A stretch of DNA of 64,000 bases. Source: an uncultured Gammaproteobacteria bacterium (lineage in GTDB: Bacteria > Patescibacteriota > Patescibacteriia > XYB2-FULL-38-15). The stretch is taken from positions 677,595 to 741,594 of the forward strand of contig OZ246416.1 in NCBI GenBank assembly GCA_965231095.1, in the 5' to 3' direction. Below the pieces are notes generated by a model that saw only the letters and a list, made by a program, of their open reading frames with translations, was not told the DNA's origin and did not search any database. Below are positions 1 through 9,542 of this stretch, in pieces. The stretch's first letter is position 1. Each line of letters opens with the position of its first letter. Position numbers and translations under genes: made by a program.

Positions 1-939
1 GGAAAACCACCAATCTTGACCATGATCGCGCGGACCAAAATCATAAGTAAAGTAAGCATTGTCGTTCAGTAAACTAAGCGTCAGCCCAAGACGCATTTTT
101 TTCAAATCTTTTTGGCCGGTATCGTTAGTATCAACTCCATAGATAACTAAATATTTACTGTCAGCCGCCGACAGCCCATCATCAAAGGTGGTTTTCATCT
201 GATCACCCATAAAATTTTCCATCAAATACCCGTCAAAATATTCTCCGAATTCATTAATATCGCTGACGTCTTTTCCGGCATTAAAAATAACCAATTTATT
301 TTTTGTATTCAACTTTTCTATTTTTGAAAAAATATTTTTTGTGGCACTAAGCCATTCCGCGTCACTAATTGCTTCGGGACACCACCACTGTTTCTCCGTC
401 ACCATGTCAAAAATAATTCCGTCGTGCGATGCCTGATCCAAAACGTTTTTGTAAAAAGAAGTTATTAATCCAATCCATTTTTCATTTCTCGGATCCATGG
501 CGTAAATTTCTTCCTGCCCCCATTTTTCGGAAGCCCAACCAAAAGCGCATCTTTCACTATCGGGTTTATGCAAATACATCTCCTCCGTTATTTCTATTGG
601 GTCTTTTTTCCCATAATTTGCCACTGTTGCCAAAAAACTCATCCAGTCGCGGTTATCCCAAACCCAATTGACGGATAATCCTGCCAAAATTTTCGCGTTG
701 GGATTCGCCACTTTTATTTTTTCTGCTTCCTCGGGGGTAAACCAAGCCGTCATAACCAAATCGTAAGGGTGTTTGCCGGCGATTATTTCATCCTTTTTCG
801 CAAGCCAGCTCGCGATCTTTGGAAAATTAAATTCCGCCCCCGTTTCTTGATTAGTGTTTTGCGGCACGCAGCCACTTAAAAAAATAATCGCCAAAATTGC
901 GAATGTTAAAATTGTAAAATTATAATGTTTTATTTTCAT
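1..939 (-). CDS. Lipoprotein, putative glycoside-hydrolase-like (TIM-barrel GHL-type) protein; 3' end truncated by window edge
   Basis: Minus-strand ORF starting ATG at 937-939 (MKIKHYNFTILTFAILAIIFLSGC... lipobox LSGC) with no stop before position 1; not in the ORF track because it runs off the edge. Glycosidase-like call is a weak fold-level impression only. Confidence 0.45.
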   Translation of the reverse strand, partial: MKIKHYNFTILTFAILAIIFLSGCVPQNTNQETGAEFNFPKIASWLAKKDEIIAGKHPYDLVMTAWFTPEEAEKIKVANPNAKILAGLSVNWVWDNRDWMSFLATVANYGKKDPIEITEEMYLHKPDSERCAFGWASEKWGQEEIYAMDPRNEKWIGLITSFYKNVLDQASHDGIIFDMVTEKQWWCPEAISDAEWLSATKNIFSKIEKLNTKNKLVIFNAGKDVSDINEFGEYFDGYLMENFMGDQMKTTFDDGLSAADSKYLVIYGVDTNDTGQKDLKKMRLGLTLSLLNDNAYFTYDFGPRDHGQDWWFS

Positions 940-945
940 TATTAT

Positions 946-1067
946 ATTTCGCCTAACGTTTGCGTATATCTGATGTTTCGAGGAACGTAGCGGAGCAAAA
1001 TATAGGTAAAGGCTCTCTCAAGAGCCGTAACCAGATATACGCTGTTAGCTGATGTATTCCTTTTCTT
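946..1067 (-). repeat. Leader repeat element copy A: conserved flanks around a hairpin (stem 962-972/1032-1042, nested hairpin 1003-1018), ending aacgttaggcgaaat just upstream of the ATG at 939
   Basis: Near-identical flanks (atttcgcctaacgtt ... cagata..cg.tgttagctgatgtatt) to copy B at 15043-15153. Stem gcgtatatctg/cagatatacgc here versus acgagtatctg/cagatactcgt in B, with compensatory substitutions. Confidence 0.6.
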
Positions 1068-1077
1068 TTTATAAATC

Positions 1078-1452
1078 TTAATACCAGAAATCAAATATTC
1101 TTTTAAATACTATTCTATCAACGAAGGCTGCAAGAACAACGCCCAAAGCATACATTACATAATCCAAAGGATCGAAAACTCTCGCCAAGGCATAAATGCC
1201 AAAGTATTGTAGAGTTTCAGACAAAGCACATAGAATAAATACTGCGCTTGCCTTCGTATACCATTTTTGGAATGGTTTATATTTGTCTTCTACAAGCACT
1301 AGGAGCAAGTAATAGCAGAATGGTATTGCAATATCGGCAAAATAGCTATGAAAAAGGATATGTAAAGTTTCATTCGCCCAATCAGCTCCAACTACAAAAA
1401 TAGCAGCGATAATTAGTGATGTTATAACTACAATTGTTTTCTTGTTTTTCAT
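1078..1452 (-). CDS. Small integral membrane protein (4 predicted TM helices), hypothetical
   Basis: 124-aa ORF, hydrophobic segments; flanked by 23-25 bp inverted repeats ctgttagctga[a/t][a/g]tattccttttc at 1043-1065 and 1460-1484. Confidence 0.5.
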   Translation of the reverse strand: MKNKKTIVVITSLIIAAIFVVGADWANETLHILFHSYFADIAIPFCYYLLLVLVEDKYKPFQKWYTKASAVFILCALSETLQYFGIYALARVFDPLDYVMYALGVVLAAFVDRIVFKRIFDFWY

Positions 1453-1576
1453 GTTTTTGAAAAGGAATATTTCAGCTAACAGGTATTATATAAACTAGTT
1501 ATTTTTTTGGCTTAAACCCTCAATTGTGGTATGATTTATAAAGGATTTATATGTATTTTAACAGAATTAAACAAAA

Positions 1577-2053
1577 ATGATAATACTCGGCATTGACCCA
1601 GGATTTGCGAGAACGGGCTACGGAATAATTGAAGAAAAAAATAAAAATATCCGCATGCTTGATTATGGCTGTATCACGACCCCGGCGGGTGTTCTTTTTG
1701 AAAAAAGATTAAAAAAAATCCGCGAAGAAATTAATGATCTGATAAAAAAACATAAGCCGGATATCTGCGCCGTGGAAAAAATATTCTTTTGTAAAAACGC
1801 CAAAACCGCGATTGATGTCGGGCAGGCAAGGGGCGTTGTCATCTTGACTGCCGCAGAAAAAAATCTAAAAATTCTCGAATTTACCCCGCTCCAGGTTAAA
1901 CAATTTATCACGGGCTACGGAAAAGCGGAAAAAGGACAAATCCAAAAAATGGTAAAAATTCTCTTGGGGCTAAAAGAAATCCCCAAACCCGACGATGCGG
2001 CCGATGCCTTGGCGCTCGCCATTGCCGGTTCAAATAATTTTCTTACTAAATAA
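1577..2053 (+). CDS. ruvC: Crossover junction endodeoxyribonuclease RuvC
   Basis: MIILGIDPGFARTGYGIIEE N-terminal RNase H-fold motif, acidic catalytic residues, 158 aa. Confidence 0.9.
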   Translation: MIILGIDPGFARTGYGIIEEKNKNIRMLDYGCITTPAGVLFEKRLKKIREEINDLIKKHKPDICAVEKIFFCKNAKTAIDVGQARGVVILTAAEKNLKILEFTPLQVKQFITGYGKAEKGQIQKMVKILLGLKEIPKPDDAADALALAIAGSNNFLTK

Positions 2054-2056
2054 TCT

Positions 2057-3160
2057 ATGGCCACAAAAATTACTAAAATTTCCGAAAAACAAATCCAAAA
2101 ATTAATTGAAACTTCCCGCGAAGTGATCCGCGACTCGGCGCTTGAAAACGGCGCGATTGTCGCGACCAATACCGACCAAACTTATTATCCCCGCGAAGCG
2201 GCAAATTATCGTTGGGTTTGGCCGCGTGACGCGAGCTATATCTGCGTGGCGGCGGAAATTTTAAAAATTCCCATTCAAGAACCGTTTTTTGACTGGCTCT
2301 ATTCCCGCCCGAAAGATTTTAAAAAGGAAAAACTCCTTTTTGCCAATTATTCCACCAACGGCCAGTTCGGCAGCATGGGTCGCATTCTTCAAATTGACCA
2401 AGCCGGTACGGTTCTCTGGGCAATTTATGAACATTTTAAAAATGATCTGAAGAAAGCGCAAAAATATAAAGATTTGATTGAACAACTTTCTGATGGAATA
2501 GCGGCCAATTGGAATAAAAATTTTTTCCGCCCGCACACGGTTGATCTTTGGGAAGAACCGCACCGCCAAACTTCCACCACCATAGAAAATAATTTTACTT
2601 ACTCGCTCGCGGCCTCGGCCCGCGGCCTTCTTTTAGCCTGCGAAATGCTCCCTAATTGCCTTTGGAAGGAAGCCGCCTCGCAGATGATTGAAAAAATAAA
2701 TGACGCTTATAGCCCGGCCGAAAAATATTTTTTGCGCAGCAAGGGGAAAATTTCCGACAAAAATGTTGACGCCTCGCTTCTCGGTCTCGTTTGGCCGTTT
2801 CAAATCTTTGAGGCTAAAGACGAGAGAATGGCAAATACCATCGCCAAGATGGAAGAAAAAATTGTTATGGACGGCGGCGTGCATCGTTTTGAACAAGATT
2901 ATTTTGACGGGGAGGGCTCGGCCCAAGAAGGCGGCGGCGCTTGGCCGCTATTAAATTTTTGGATGGCCGTTTATTTCGCGAAAAAAGGCGACCGCGAAAA
3001 AGCTCTATCGTATTATAATTGGGTTTTGGAGCGGATTGGAAAATTTAAAGGTTTTATTCCCGAACAAATTTTTGATGATTTCCGCGTCGGCGTTTATCCC
3101 CTTGTCTGGTCCCACGCTATGTTTATTATCGCTTCGCGCGAGCTGGGTTTTATTAAGTAA
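2057..3160 (+). CDS. Glycoside hydrolase family 15 (glucoamylase/glucodextranase-like)
   Basis: WVWPRDASY and LWEE motifs typical of GH15 (alpha/alpha)6 barrel; adjacent to glgA. Confidence 0.7.
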   Translation: MATKITKISEKQIQKLIETSREVIRDSALENGAIVATNTDQTYYPREAANYRWVWPRDASYICVAAEILKIPIQEPFFDWLYSRPKDFKKEKLLFANYSTNGQFGSMGRILQIDQAGTVLWAIYEHFKNDLKKAQKYKDLIEQLSDGIAANWNKNFFRPHTVDLWEEPHRQTSTTIENNFTYSLAASARGLLLACEMLPNCLWKEAASQMIEKINDAYSPAEKYFLRSKGKISDKNVDASLLGLVWPFQIFEAKDERMANTIAKMEEKIVMDGGVHRFEQDYFDGEGSAQEGGGAWPLLNFWMAVYFAKKGDREKALSYYNWVLERIGKFKGFIPEQIFDDFRVGVYPLVWSHAMFIIASRELGFIK

Positions 3161-3172
3161 AGATTAACAATC

Positions 3173-4660
3173 ATGAAGAAAAAGTTAAAAATCGCCGTAG
3201 TCGCCGCGGAGGTCGCGCCTTTTTCCAAAACCGGCGGGCTGGCTGATGTCACGGGCTCTTTGCCCAAGAGTTTCCAAGAAATGGGAAATGATATCGTTGT
3301 GATTACGCCGTTCTACGGAAAACTAATTGATCCCCAAAAACATTCCCTGATTCTTTTAGAGAAAAATTTTTTTATTCGGCTCGGCAAAAACCAAAAGATA
3401 AAAATCTCTCTCTGGCGGGGAGAAATTGAAAAAAATCTGCCGGTTTATTTTATTGAATACAAAAAATATTTTTCCAAAAAACAATCTCTCTACGGCTCGA
3501 CTCATGAAAATTCCCGTTTCGCCTTTTTTAACTACGCTGTTTTGGAAATTTTGAAAAAAATAAATTTCGCCGCCGACATTATTCATTGCCACGACTGGCA
3601 CGCCGGCCTTATTCCGTATTTGTTAAAAAAAGATCCGCTCTACGCGAAAGATGATTTTTTCAAAAAAGCCGCCGCGGTTTTTACCATTCATAATTTAGCT
3701 TTCCAAATGGGGGGAAATTGGTGGAATCTCCCCGCGGAAAAAAGAGATTCCGGAATAGAGCCATTGCCAAAAATCCACACCAAGGCAATGGAAAAAATTA
3801 ATTTTGCCAAACGGGCGATTCTTTTTTCTGACGCGCTAAATACTGTTTCAGAAAAATATGCCGAAGAACTTTTAACTCCGGAATTTGGCCAGGGTTTGGA
3901 AAAAAACTTGCAACATCGCCAAAAAGACTTCTTTGGAATTATAAACGGCATTGACTATTCCGTTTTTAATCCAACCATAGATAAAAATATTTCCGTAAAT
4001 TACGACTGGAATTCTCTCCGTTGCAAGAAAAAAAATAAAGTTTATCTGCAAAAAAAATTAAAGTTGGAACAAAATGTAAATATCCCCCTGATCGGATTGG
4101 CCAGCCGGCTTGCCGAACAGAAGGGATATAATCTTGTCATCGAAAGCCTCGACACTCTTTTAAAACTTCCTTTGCAAATCGTTATCATCGCGAGCGGCGG
4201 CAAAGAAGCAAAAGAATACTCGGATACTTTCAAAAAAATTGCCAAAAAATATCCAAAAAAATTCGCTTTTGTCACTCCTTACACCGAAGAAGAAGCTTCG
4301 AGGGTTTATGCCGGTTCGGACATGCTTTTGATGCCCTCGCGTTTTGAACCATGTGGACTTTCTCCGCTCATCAGTTTGCGTTACGGTTCCATTCCAATTG
4401 TCCACGAAACCGGTGGCCTCGCGGAAACCATCACTGATTTTGATCCCAAAACTGGAAAGGGCAATGGCTTCGTTTTTGAAAATTATACCCGCGAAGAATT
4501 TTTAGCCGCGCTCGTCCGGGCCTTGGAAAATTTTAAATATGAAAAAGTTTGGGAACATTTAGTTTGGCGGGCAATGAAACAATCTTTCTCTTGGGAAATT
4601 CCCGCGGAAAAGTATATCGCACTTTTTAAAAAGGCAATGAGAAATAAGTCGAAAAAATAA
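3173..4660 (+). CDS. glgA: Glycogen synthase (ADP/UDP-glucose alpha-glucan glucosyltransferase, GT5)
   Basis: N-terminal EVAPFSKTGGLADV (KTGGL) motif, 495 aa, GT-B C-terminal signature. Confidence 0.9.
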   Translation: MKKKLKIAVVAAEVAPFSKTGGLADVTGSLPKSFQEMGNDIVVITPFYGKLIDPQKHSLILLEKNFFIRLGKNQKIKISLWRGEIEKNLPVYFIEYKKYFSKKQSLYGSTHENSRFAFFNYAVLEILKKINFAADIIHCHDWHAGLIPYLLKKDPLYAKDDFFKKAAAVFTIHNLAFQMGGNWWNLPAEKRDSGIEPLPKIHTKAMEKINFAKRAILFSDALNTVSEKYAEELLTPEFGQGLEKNLQHRQKDFFGIINGIDYSVFNPTIDKNISVNYDWNSLRCKKKNKVYLQKKLKLEQNVNIPLIGLASRLAEQKGYNLVIESLDTLLKLPLQIVIIASGGKEAKEYSDTFKKIAKKYPKKFAFVTPYTEEEASRVYAGSDMLLMPSRFEPCGLSPLISLRYGSIPIVHETGGLAETITDFDPKTGKGNGFVFENYTREEFLAALVRALENFKYEKVWEHLVWRAMKQSFSWEIPAEKYIALFKKAMRNKSKK

Positions 4661-4700
4661 TTTTTAACTTTTCATTTTTAACTTTTAATTTCGCGAAGCG

Positions 4701-5924
4701 ATGTATTGGGCCAACCTCCTCCACATTTACCAGCCGCCCGGCCAAAAGAAAGAAATTACCAAAAAAGTTGCCGCCGAAAGTTATTGGCGGATTGTTGATA
4801 TTTTAAAAAAACATCCTGAGGTGAAAATTAATTTAAACATCAACGCCTCGCTTACTGAACAGCTACCGGCCGCGGGTTTAAAAAAATTAATTGACGAAAT
4901 TACCGCCCTCGCTCGACGCGGCCAGATTGAATTTACCGGCAGCGCCAAATACCATGTCATCTTGGCGCTTTTGCCCGAATCGGAAATTATCCGCCAAATT
5001 AAACTTAACGACAAAACAAATAAAAAATTCTTCGGCGCGCTCTGGCAACCAACCGGATTTTTTATTCCCGAACTTTGCTACAGCGAAAAAGTAGCGCGCA
5101 CCGTGAAAAAACTCGGATTTAAATGGATTGTTTTAGACGAAGTCGCTTACAACGGAAAATTTAATAAAATAAAATTTGATAAACTTTATAAAATCAAGAA
5201 CGTCGGCCTGCCGGTTTTTTTCCGAAACACAAAAATTTCTAATCTTTTTTTCACGGCTGAAGCAAAAACCACGGCTGACTTTTTTAAAATTTTAAAAGAA
5301 GACGGACGCTCGGAAAAATATCTGCCTACGGCCATGGACGGCGAAAATCTTGGCCATCACCAGAAAGAAATGGACAAACTTTACGCCGATCTTTTGGATA
5401 CTGGAAAATTCGAGGCGATAACTTTTTCCGATTTACTTAAAATATATAAGTCATCACAAGAAATCGCCCCCGCTCCTTCCAGCTGGTCGTCGCGAGAAGA
5501 AGACATAAGAAGAAAAGTCTACTACCCGCTTTGGAAAAATCCAAAAAATGAAATCCATCGGCTACAGTGGCAGCTGACAAACCTCGCCATTAAAATCGTC
5601 AATAAAAACTCGGCCGATACAAATTTTAAAAAATCCCGCGCGCTTCTTGACCGGGCGTTACACTCCGATCAATACTGGTGGGCCTCCGCCAACCCCTGGT
5701 GGTCGGTGGAAATTATAGAAAATGGAGGCAACATGTTGCTTAATTCTTTAAAATCTTTAAAAACCTTATCTCCAAAAATTTTACAAAAAGCAGTTTTACT
5801 TAATAAAAAAATCTCGGCCACGGCGCATAATTGGCAAGATACCGGCCGAGCGAAAAAAATAAAAGAAGCGTATTTAGCCGGAGAACCCTACGAGCGTTAC
5901 TTTGCCGGCAAAGTGATAAAATAG
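4701..5924 (+). CDS. Glycoside hydrolase family 57 protein (alpha-glucan branching enzyme/amylase-like), paralog 1
   Basis: MYWANLLHIYQPP start, TAMDGENLGHH and ALHSDQYWWAS motifs resembling GH57 regions IV/V; tandem with paralog. Confidence 0.65.
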   Translation: MYWANLLHIYQPPGQKKEITKKVAAESYWRIVDILKKHPEVKINLNINASLTEQLPAAGLKKLIDEITALARRGQIEFTGSAKYHVILALLPESEIIRQIKLNDKTNKKFFGALWQPTGFFIPELCYSEKVARTVKKLGFKWIVLDEVAYNGKFNKIKFDKLYKIKNVGLPVFFRNTKISNLFFTAEAKTTADFFKILKEDGRSEKYLPTAMDGENLGHHQKEMDKLYADLLDTGKFEAITFSDLLKIYKSSQEIAPAPSSWSSREEDIRRKVYYPLWKNPKNEIHRLQWQLTNLAIKIVNKNSADTNFKKSRALLDRALHSDQYWWASANPWWSVEIIENGGNMLLNSLKSLKTLSPKILQKAVLLNKKISATAHNWQDTGRAKKIKEAYLAGEPYERYFAGKVIK

Positions 5925-5974
5925 TTTTTAATTGTAATTTTGCCTTTTGAATTTTAAATTTTGAATTTACTATT

Positions 5975-7462
5975 ATGTATTGGGCCAACTTTTTACACAT
6001 TTACCAGCCGCCGAACCAAATGCCGGATATTTTGGAAAGAATTGCTAATGAAAGCTATAGAAAATTATTTCGCGGCTTGCTCGCGAACCCCAAGGCGAAA
6101 TTAACTTTAAACATCAACGCGGGATTGACCGAGCAATTGGACAAGTATGGCTATCACGATATTATCCGCGATATAAAAAAACTCGCGGAGCGCGGCCAGA
6201 TTGAATTTACCGAAAGCGCCAAGTACCATCCTTTTATGCCGCTCACCCCTTGGGAAGAAAACGCGCGGCAAATAAAACTAAATAACGAAACTAATAAATT
6301 TTATTTTGGAAAAATTTATAAACCCCTTGGATTTTTTCCGCCGGAAATGGCCTACAGCCGAAAAATCGCCGATCTTGTTGCCTCGCTGGGCTACCACTTT
6401 ATGGTTGCCGATGAAATTTCCTACAACGGAAAAACCGAACAACTATCTTACGACAAAGCTTATACTATCAAAGGTCTCGGTAATTTTAAAATTTTTTTCC
6501 GTGATCGACGGGTGAGCAATCTCGTAATGTCGGCCATCGTGCGCACGGGAAAATCTCTCCTTGAAGCGGTGGGCGAAGAAAAAAATAAAAACAGATATTT
6601 ACTGACGGCCATGGACGGAGAAACTTTTGGCCATCACCGCCCGGGATTAGATCAGCTGCTTTTTGAAATTTTATCCTCACCAAAATTTAGGAAAATCACT
6701 CTCTCGGAAATCGCCGAACATTTTAAAACCCAAGAAATTGTTGACCCGATTGATTCAACCTGGGCTTCCTCTGAAGAGGACATCGGGCGCGGCGTGCAGT
6801 TTCTTTCCTGGAACGATCCGGAAAATCCCATCCACGCCTGGCAATGGGAATTTACCGGTTTTGTTTTAAAAATCGTGGAAAATTTGGACAAGAAAAAAGC
6901 TTATTACAAAATCGCCCGCGCCAAAATGGATGAAGCGCTCCACTCCTGCCAATATTGGTGGGCGAGCGGAAAACCGTGGTGGTCGCTTGAGATGATTGAG
7001 GGCGGCGCTTGGAAATTGCTTGACGTTCTCTATCAAATTCCGGATGTTTCCCCAAAAAATTTGGAAAAAGGAAAAGATTTTTACGGGCGGATTGTTCTCA
7101 AGGCTTTTGAGTGGCAGCGTACCGGCTACATCAGAAAATTGGCGGGCGAGCGCGGGAAAGAGGTAAAAATTCCTTTCAAAAAACGCTCGCTTCTTGCGGG
7201 AAAACCGGAAGTCTACTATGCTTTCATCAAAACTATGGATAAAGAAATGAGCAAGGCCATAAAAAATAAAGAATTTGAAAGAGCCATTCTCTGGCGCGAT
7301 GCCATTCTAAAAATTGAAAATCAAGACGATATTTACGACGCGGTGCATGCCACCGACCTCCTCCGGATGAGCGTACCGGGCGGAGATTTGGAAAAATTAA
7401 TGGATAAATACAAGACGCAATATAAAAAAATGCGCGGCGGCCAGCCGGAACAGCGCGGCTAA
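5975..7462 (+). CDS. Glycoside hydrolase family 57 protein, paralog 2, with C-terminal extension carrying a UVR-like motif
   Basis: MYWANFLHIYQPP, TAMDGETFGHH, ALHSCQYWWAS; C-terminal KNKEFERAILWRDAILKIE resembles UvrB/UvrC UVR helical hairpin. Confidence 0.65.
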   Translation: MYWANFLHIYQPPNQMPDILERIANESYRKLFRGLLANPKAKLTLNINAGLTEQLDKYGYHDIIRDIKKLAERGQIEFTESAKYHPFMPLTPWEENARQIKLNNETNKFYFGKIYKPLGFFPPEMAYSRKIADLVASLGYHFMVADEISYNGKTEQLSYDKAYTIKGLGNFKIFFRDRRVSNLVMSAIVRTGKSLLEAVGEEKNKNRYLLTAMDGETFGHHRPGLDQLLFEILSSPKFRKITLSEIAEHFKTQEIVDPIDSTWASSEEDIGRGVQFLSWNDPENPIHAWQWEFTGFVLKIVENLDKKKAYYKIARAKMDEALHSCQYWWASGKPWWSLEMIEGGAWKLLDVLYQIPDVSPKNLEKGKDFYGRIVLKAFEWQRTGYIRKLAGERGKEVKIPFKKRSLLAGKPEVYYAFIKTMDKEMSKAIKNKEFERAILWRDAILKIENQDDIYDAVHATDLLRMSVPGGDLEKLMDKYKTQYKKMRGGQPEQRG

Positions 7463-7476
7463 TTAAATTTACTAAA

Positions 7477-8553
7477 ATGAAAAAAATAAATCATAAAATA
7501 TTTTTAGATAACGCCTGGGCGATTGGATTTATGGCTCCGCGGATTAAAAAATATTGGCCCGAAGCCAAAGAACTTCTCTCCTTGAAGATTGATGTCGTCA
7601 AAATATTTCTGGATTATGTCCGCTTTACCCTGCGCTACCGCGTTTTTATAAAAACAGTCTCCGGAAAAATCTTAGAGAAAAAAATAATTTTAAAAGTTGA
7701 ACGGCCGAAAAAATTTTCCTGGCCGCCGCGCATCGGCCGCGTAGAGCGAGATTTTTTGGCCACAAAATTTTTAACAAAACACGGGCTCAAAAATCTGCTT
7801 CCCCGCCCGCTTGAATTTCATAAACCCCTTCATGCCTATCTTTATGAAGAAGTGGGCGGCGTAACTTTAAAAGAATTTATCCGACAGGAAAACTGGCAGG
7901 TGGATTATTTTTTTAAAAACGTCCCCGCGGCCATTCGCGCCCTAAAAAAAATCCACACCATAAAAATAAAACCTCCTTACGCCAACGGCAACCACAAAAA
8001 AATAATTGAAGATGGCATCCGAGAATGGTTTCTTATTATCTCCAAATATTACCCGGCCGGACGAATCCGCGGCAAGGCGATTGTTCTGGCGCTTGAAAAA
8101 ATAGAAAAAAAATATAAAAGTTATTTTTTCAGCCGAGAAAAATATTCTACCACGCACGGCGATTTCCAGGCTGACAACATTATTATCAGCCAGGACGAAA
8201 AAATTAAATTTATTGATCTTTCAGACAGTAAATTTTTCAATCCCTTAGACGACTTGGCTTCTTTTCTCGTCCAGGCTGAACTGCACTTCAAATATGTCCA
8301 GCCAAAAAATCATAAAACTCTGACGGAAAAATTAAAAAAAATAACTTACGCCGCATATTTTGGCAAAAAAATTAAAAAAGAAAATGAATTGCAAATAGAT
8401 TTCTTCGCCGCCAAAGACGTTCTGCGCATTATCACTTTTGTTTCTTTCACTCAGCGCTCTTGGCAGACAATCCAAGACCACAGTAAAATGATGGATGAAC
8501 TTTTAACTTTTACTGAAGAAAAAATTTCTGAAATTTTGAAAAAATACCTATGA
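7477..8553 (+). CDS. Aminoglycoside-phosphotransferase-fold (protein-kinase-like) phosphotransferase; possibly a sugar kinase (maltokinase-like) given context
   Basis: Brenner motif HGDFQADNIII and downstream IDLSDS; overlaps next gene by 4 bp (ATGA). Confidence 0.5.
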   Translation: MKKINHKIFLDNAWAIGFMAPRIKKYWPEAKELLSLKIDVVKIFLDYVRFTLRYRVFIKTVSGKILEKKIILKVERPKKFSWPPRIGRVERDFLATKFLTKHGLKNLLPRPLEFHKPLHAYLYEEVGGVTLKEFIRQENWQVDYFFKNVPAAIRALKKIHTIKIKPPYANGNHKKIIEDGIREWFLIISKYYPAGRIRGKAIVLALEKIEKKYKSYFFSREKYSTTHGDFQADNIIISQDEKIKFIDLSDSKFFNPLDDLASFLVQAELHFKYVQPKNHKTLTEKLKKITYAAYFGKKIKKENELQIDFFAAKDVLRIITFVSFTQRSWQTIQDHSKMMDELLTFTEEKISEILKKYL

Positions 8554-9440
8554 AATACATTGATCTCCACCTCCACTCCACTTTTTCCGAAGGCGACCTC
8601 TCGCCGCGGCAAATCATTGAACGCGCCAAAAAAGAAAATTTCGCCGTAATTTCTTTGGCTGACCACAACACCATCGACGGTGTCGCTGCCGTGATTCAAG
8701 AAGGGGCGAAAGAAAAAATTGAGGTCGTCCCTGGCGTGGAAATTTACACGGAATTCTCCGGAAAACGTTTACATCTTTTGGGATATAATTTTAATTTGGA
8801 GGATAAAAAATTAAATGACTTACTCTGGCAATCGCAAATCCACCATTTAGAATGGGCGAAAAAATCTTTAAAAAAAATGGCGGAAATTGGGCTTCAGATT
8901 GATTTTCCGGATTTAGAAAAATTAAAATCAAAGTATTGCGGCTTTCGGCACCTAAAAACCATCGTGGAAAAATATCCCGATAACATCCAAAGAATGATCG
9001 CGGATATCCGTCCGCAATTTGGCAAACCAACCTTGTTTGAATTTATAAATTTTTATTTTGCCGAAGGAAAATTCGCCCATATTCCGGAAATAAATATGCC
9101 AATCGACACGACGCTGGCGATAAAAATTATCTCCGAGGCCGGCGGCCTTCCGGTTCTTGCCCATCCGGGCCAACAACTCTCCTGGGGCGATGATCATTTA
9201 ATTTCCGAATTAAAAAATGCCGGCCTCCGCGGTTTGGAGGTTTTGTCTCCATATCACAATTGGCACCAAACCGAACATTACCAAAAATTGGCCAATGATT
9301 TAGACCTCGTGATTACCGGCGGCTCGGATTTTCACGGCGACCTTGTGGACTTTTCCCTCAAACACCAATTTGTCAAAAGCGCCTGGGATTATTTCCGCGT
9401 CCCCTGCGCCGTTTACGAAAATTTAAAAAGATATTTATAA
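8550..9440 (+). CDS. PHP-domain (polymerase/histidinol-phosphatase family) metal-dependent phosphoesterase
   Basis: N-terminal IDLHLHSTFSEGD and LADHNTIDG His-rich PHP motifs. Confidence 0.8.
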   Translation: MKYIDLHLHSTFSEGDLSPRQIIERAKKENFAVISLADHNTIDGVAAVIQEGAKEKIEVVPGVEIYTEFSGKRLHLLGYNFNLEDKKLNDLLWQSQIHHLEWAKKSLKKMAEIGLQIDFPDLEKLKSKYCGFRHLKTIVEKYPDNIQRMIADIRPQFGKPTLFEFINFYFAEGKFAHIPEINMPIDTTLAIKIISEAGGLPVLAHPGQQLSWGDDHLISELKNAGLRGLEVLSPYHNWHQTEHYQKLANDLDLVITGGSDFHGDLVDFSLKHQFVKSAWDYFRVPCAVYENLKRYL

Positions 9441-9453
9441 AATTTCTCAGGAT

Positions 9454-9527
9454 CGGCTTCAAAAAAGAAGTCGTTTTTTTTAATTAAAAAAGCTGCGCAA
9501 CTTTTTCTTGTCGCGCAGCGGTTTTTG
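9454..9527. terminator. Two rho-independent terminator hairpins (cggcttc/gaagtcg + T9; gctgcgc/gcgcagc with T-runs on both strands) separating PHP gene from the GC-rich island
   Basis: Inverted repeats followed by T tracts read directly from sequence. Confidence 0.6.
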
Positions 9528-9542
9528 TATCCTCCTCGAGAT

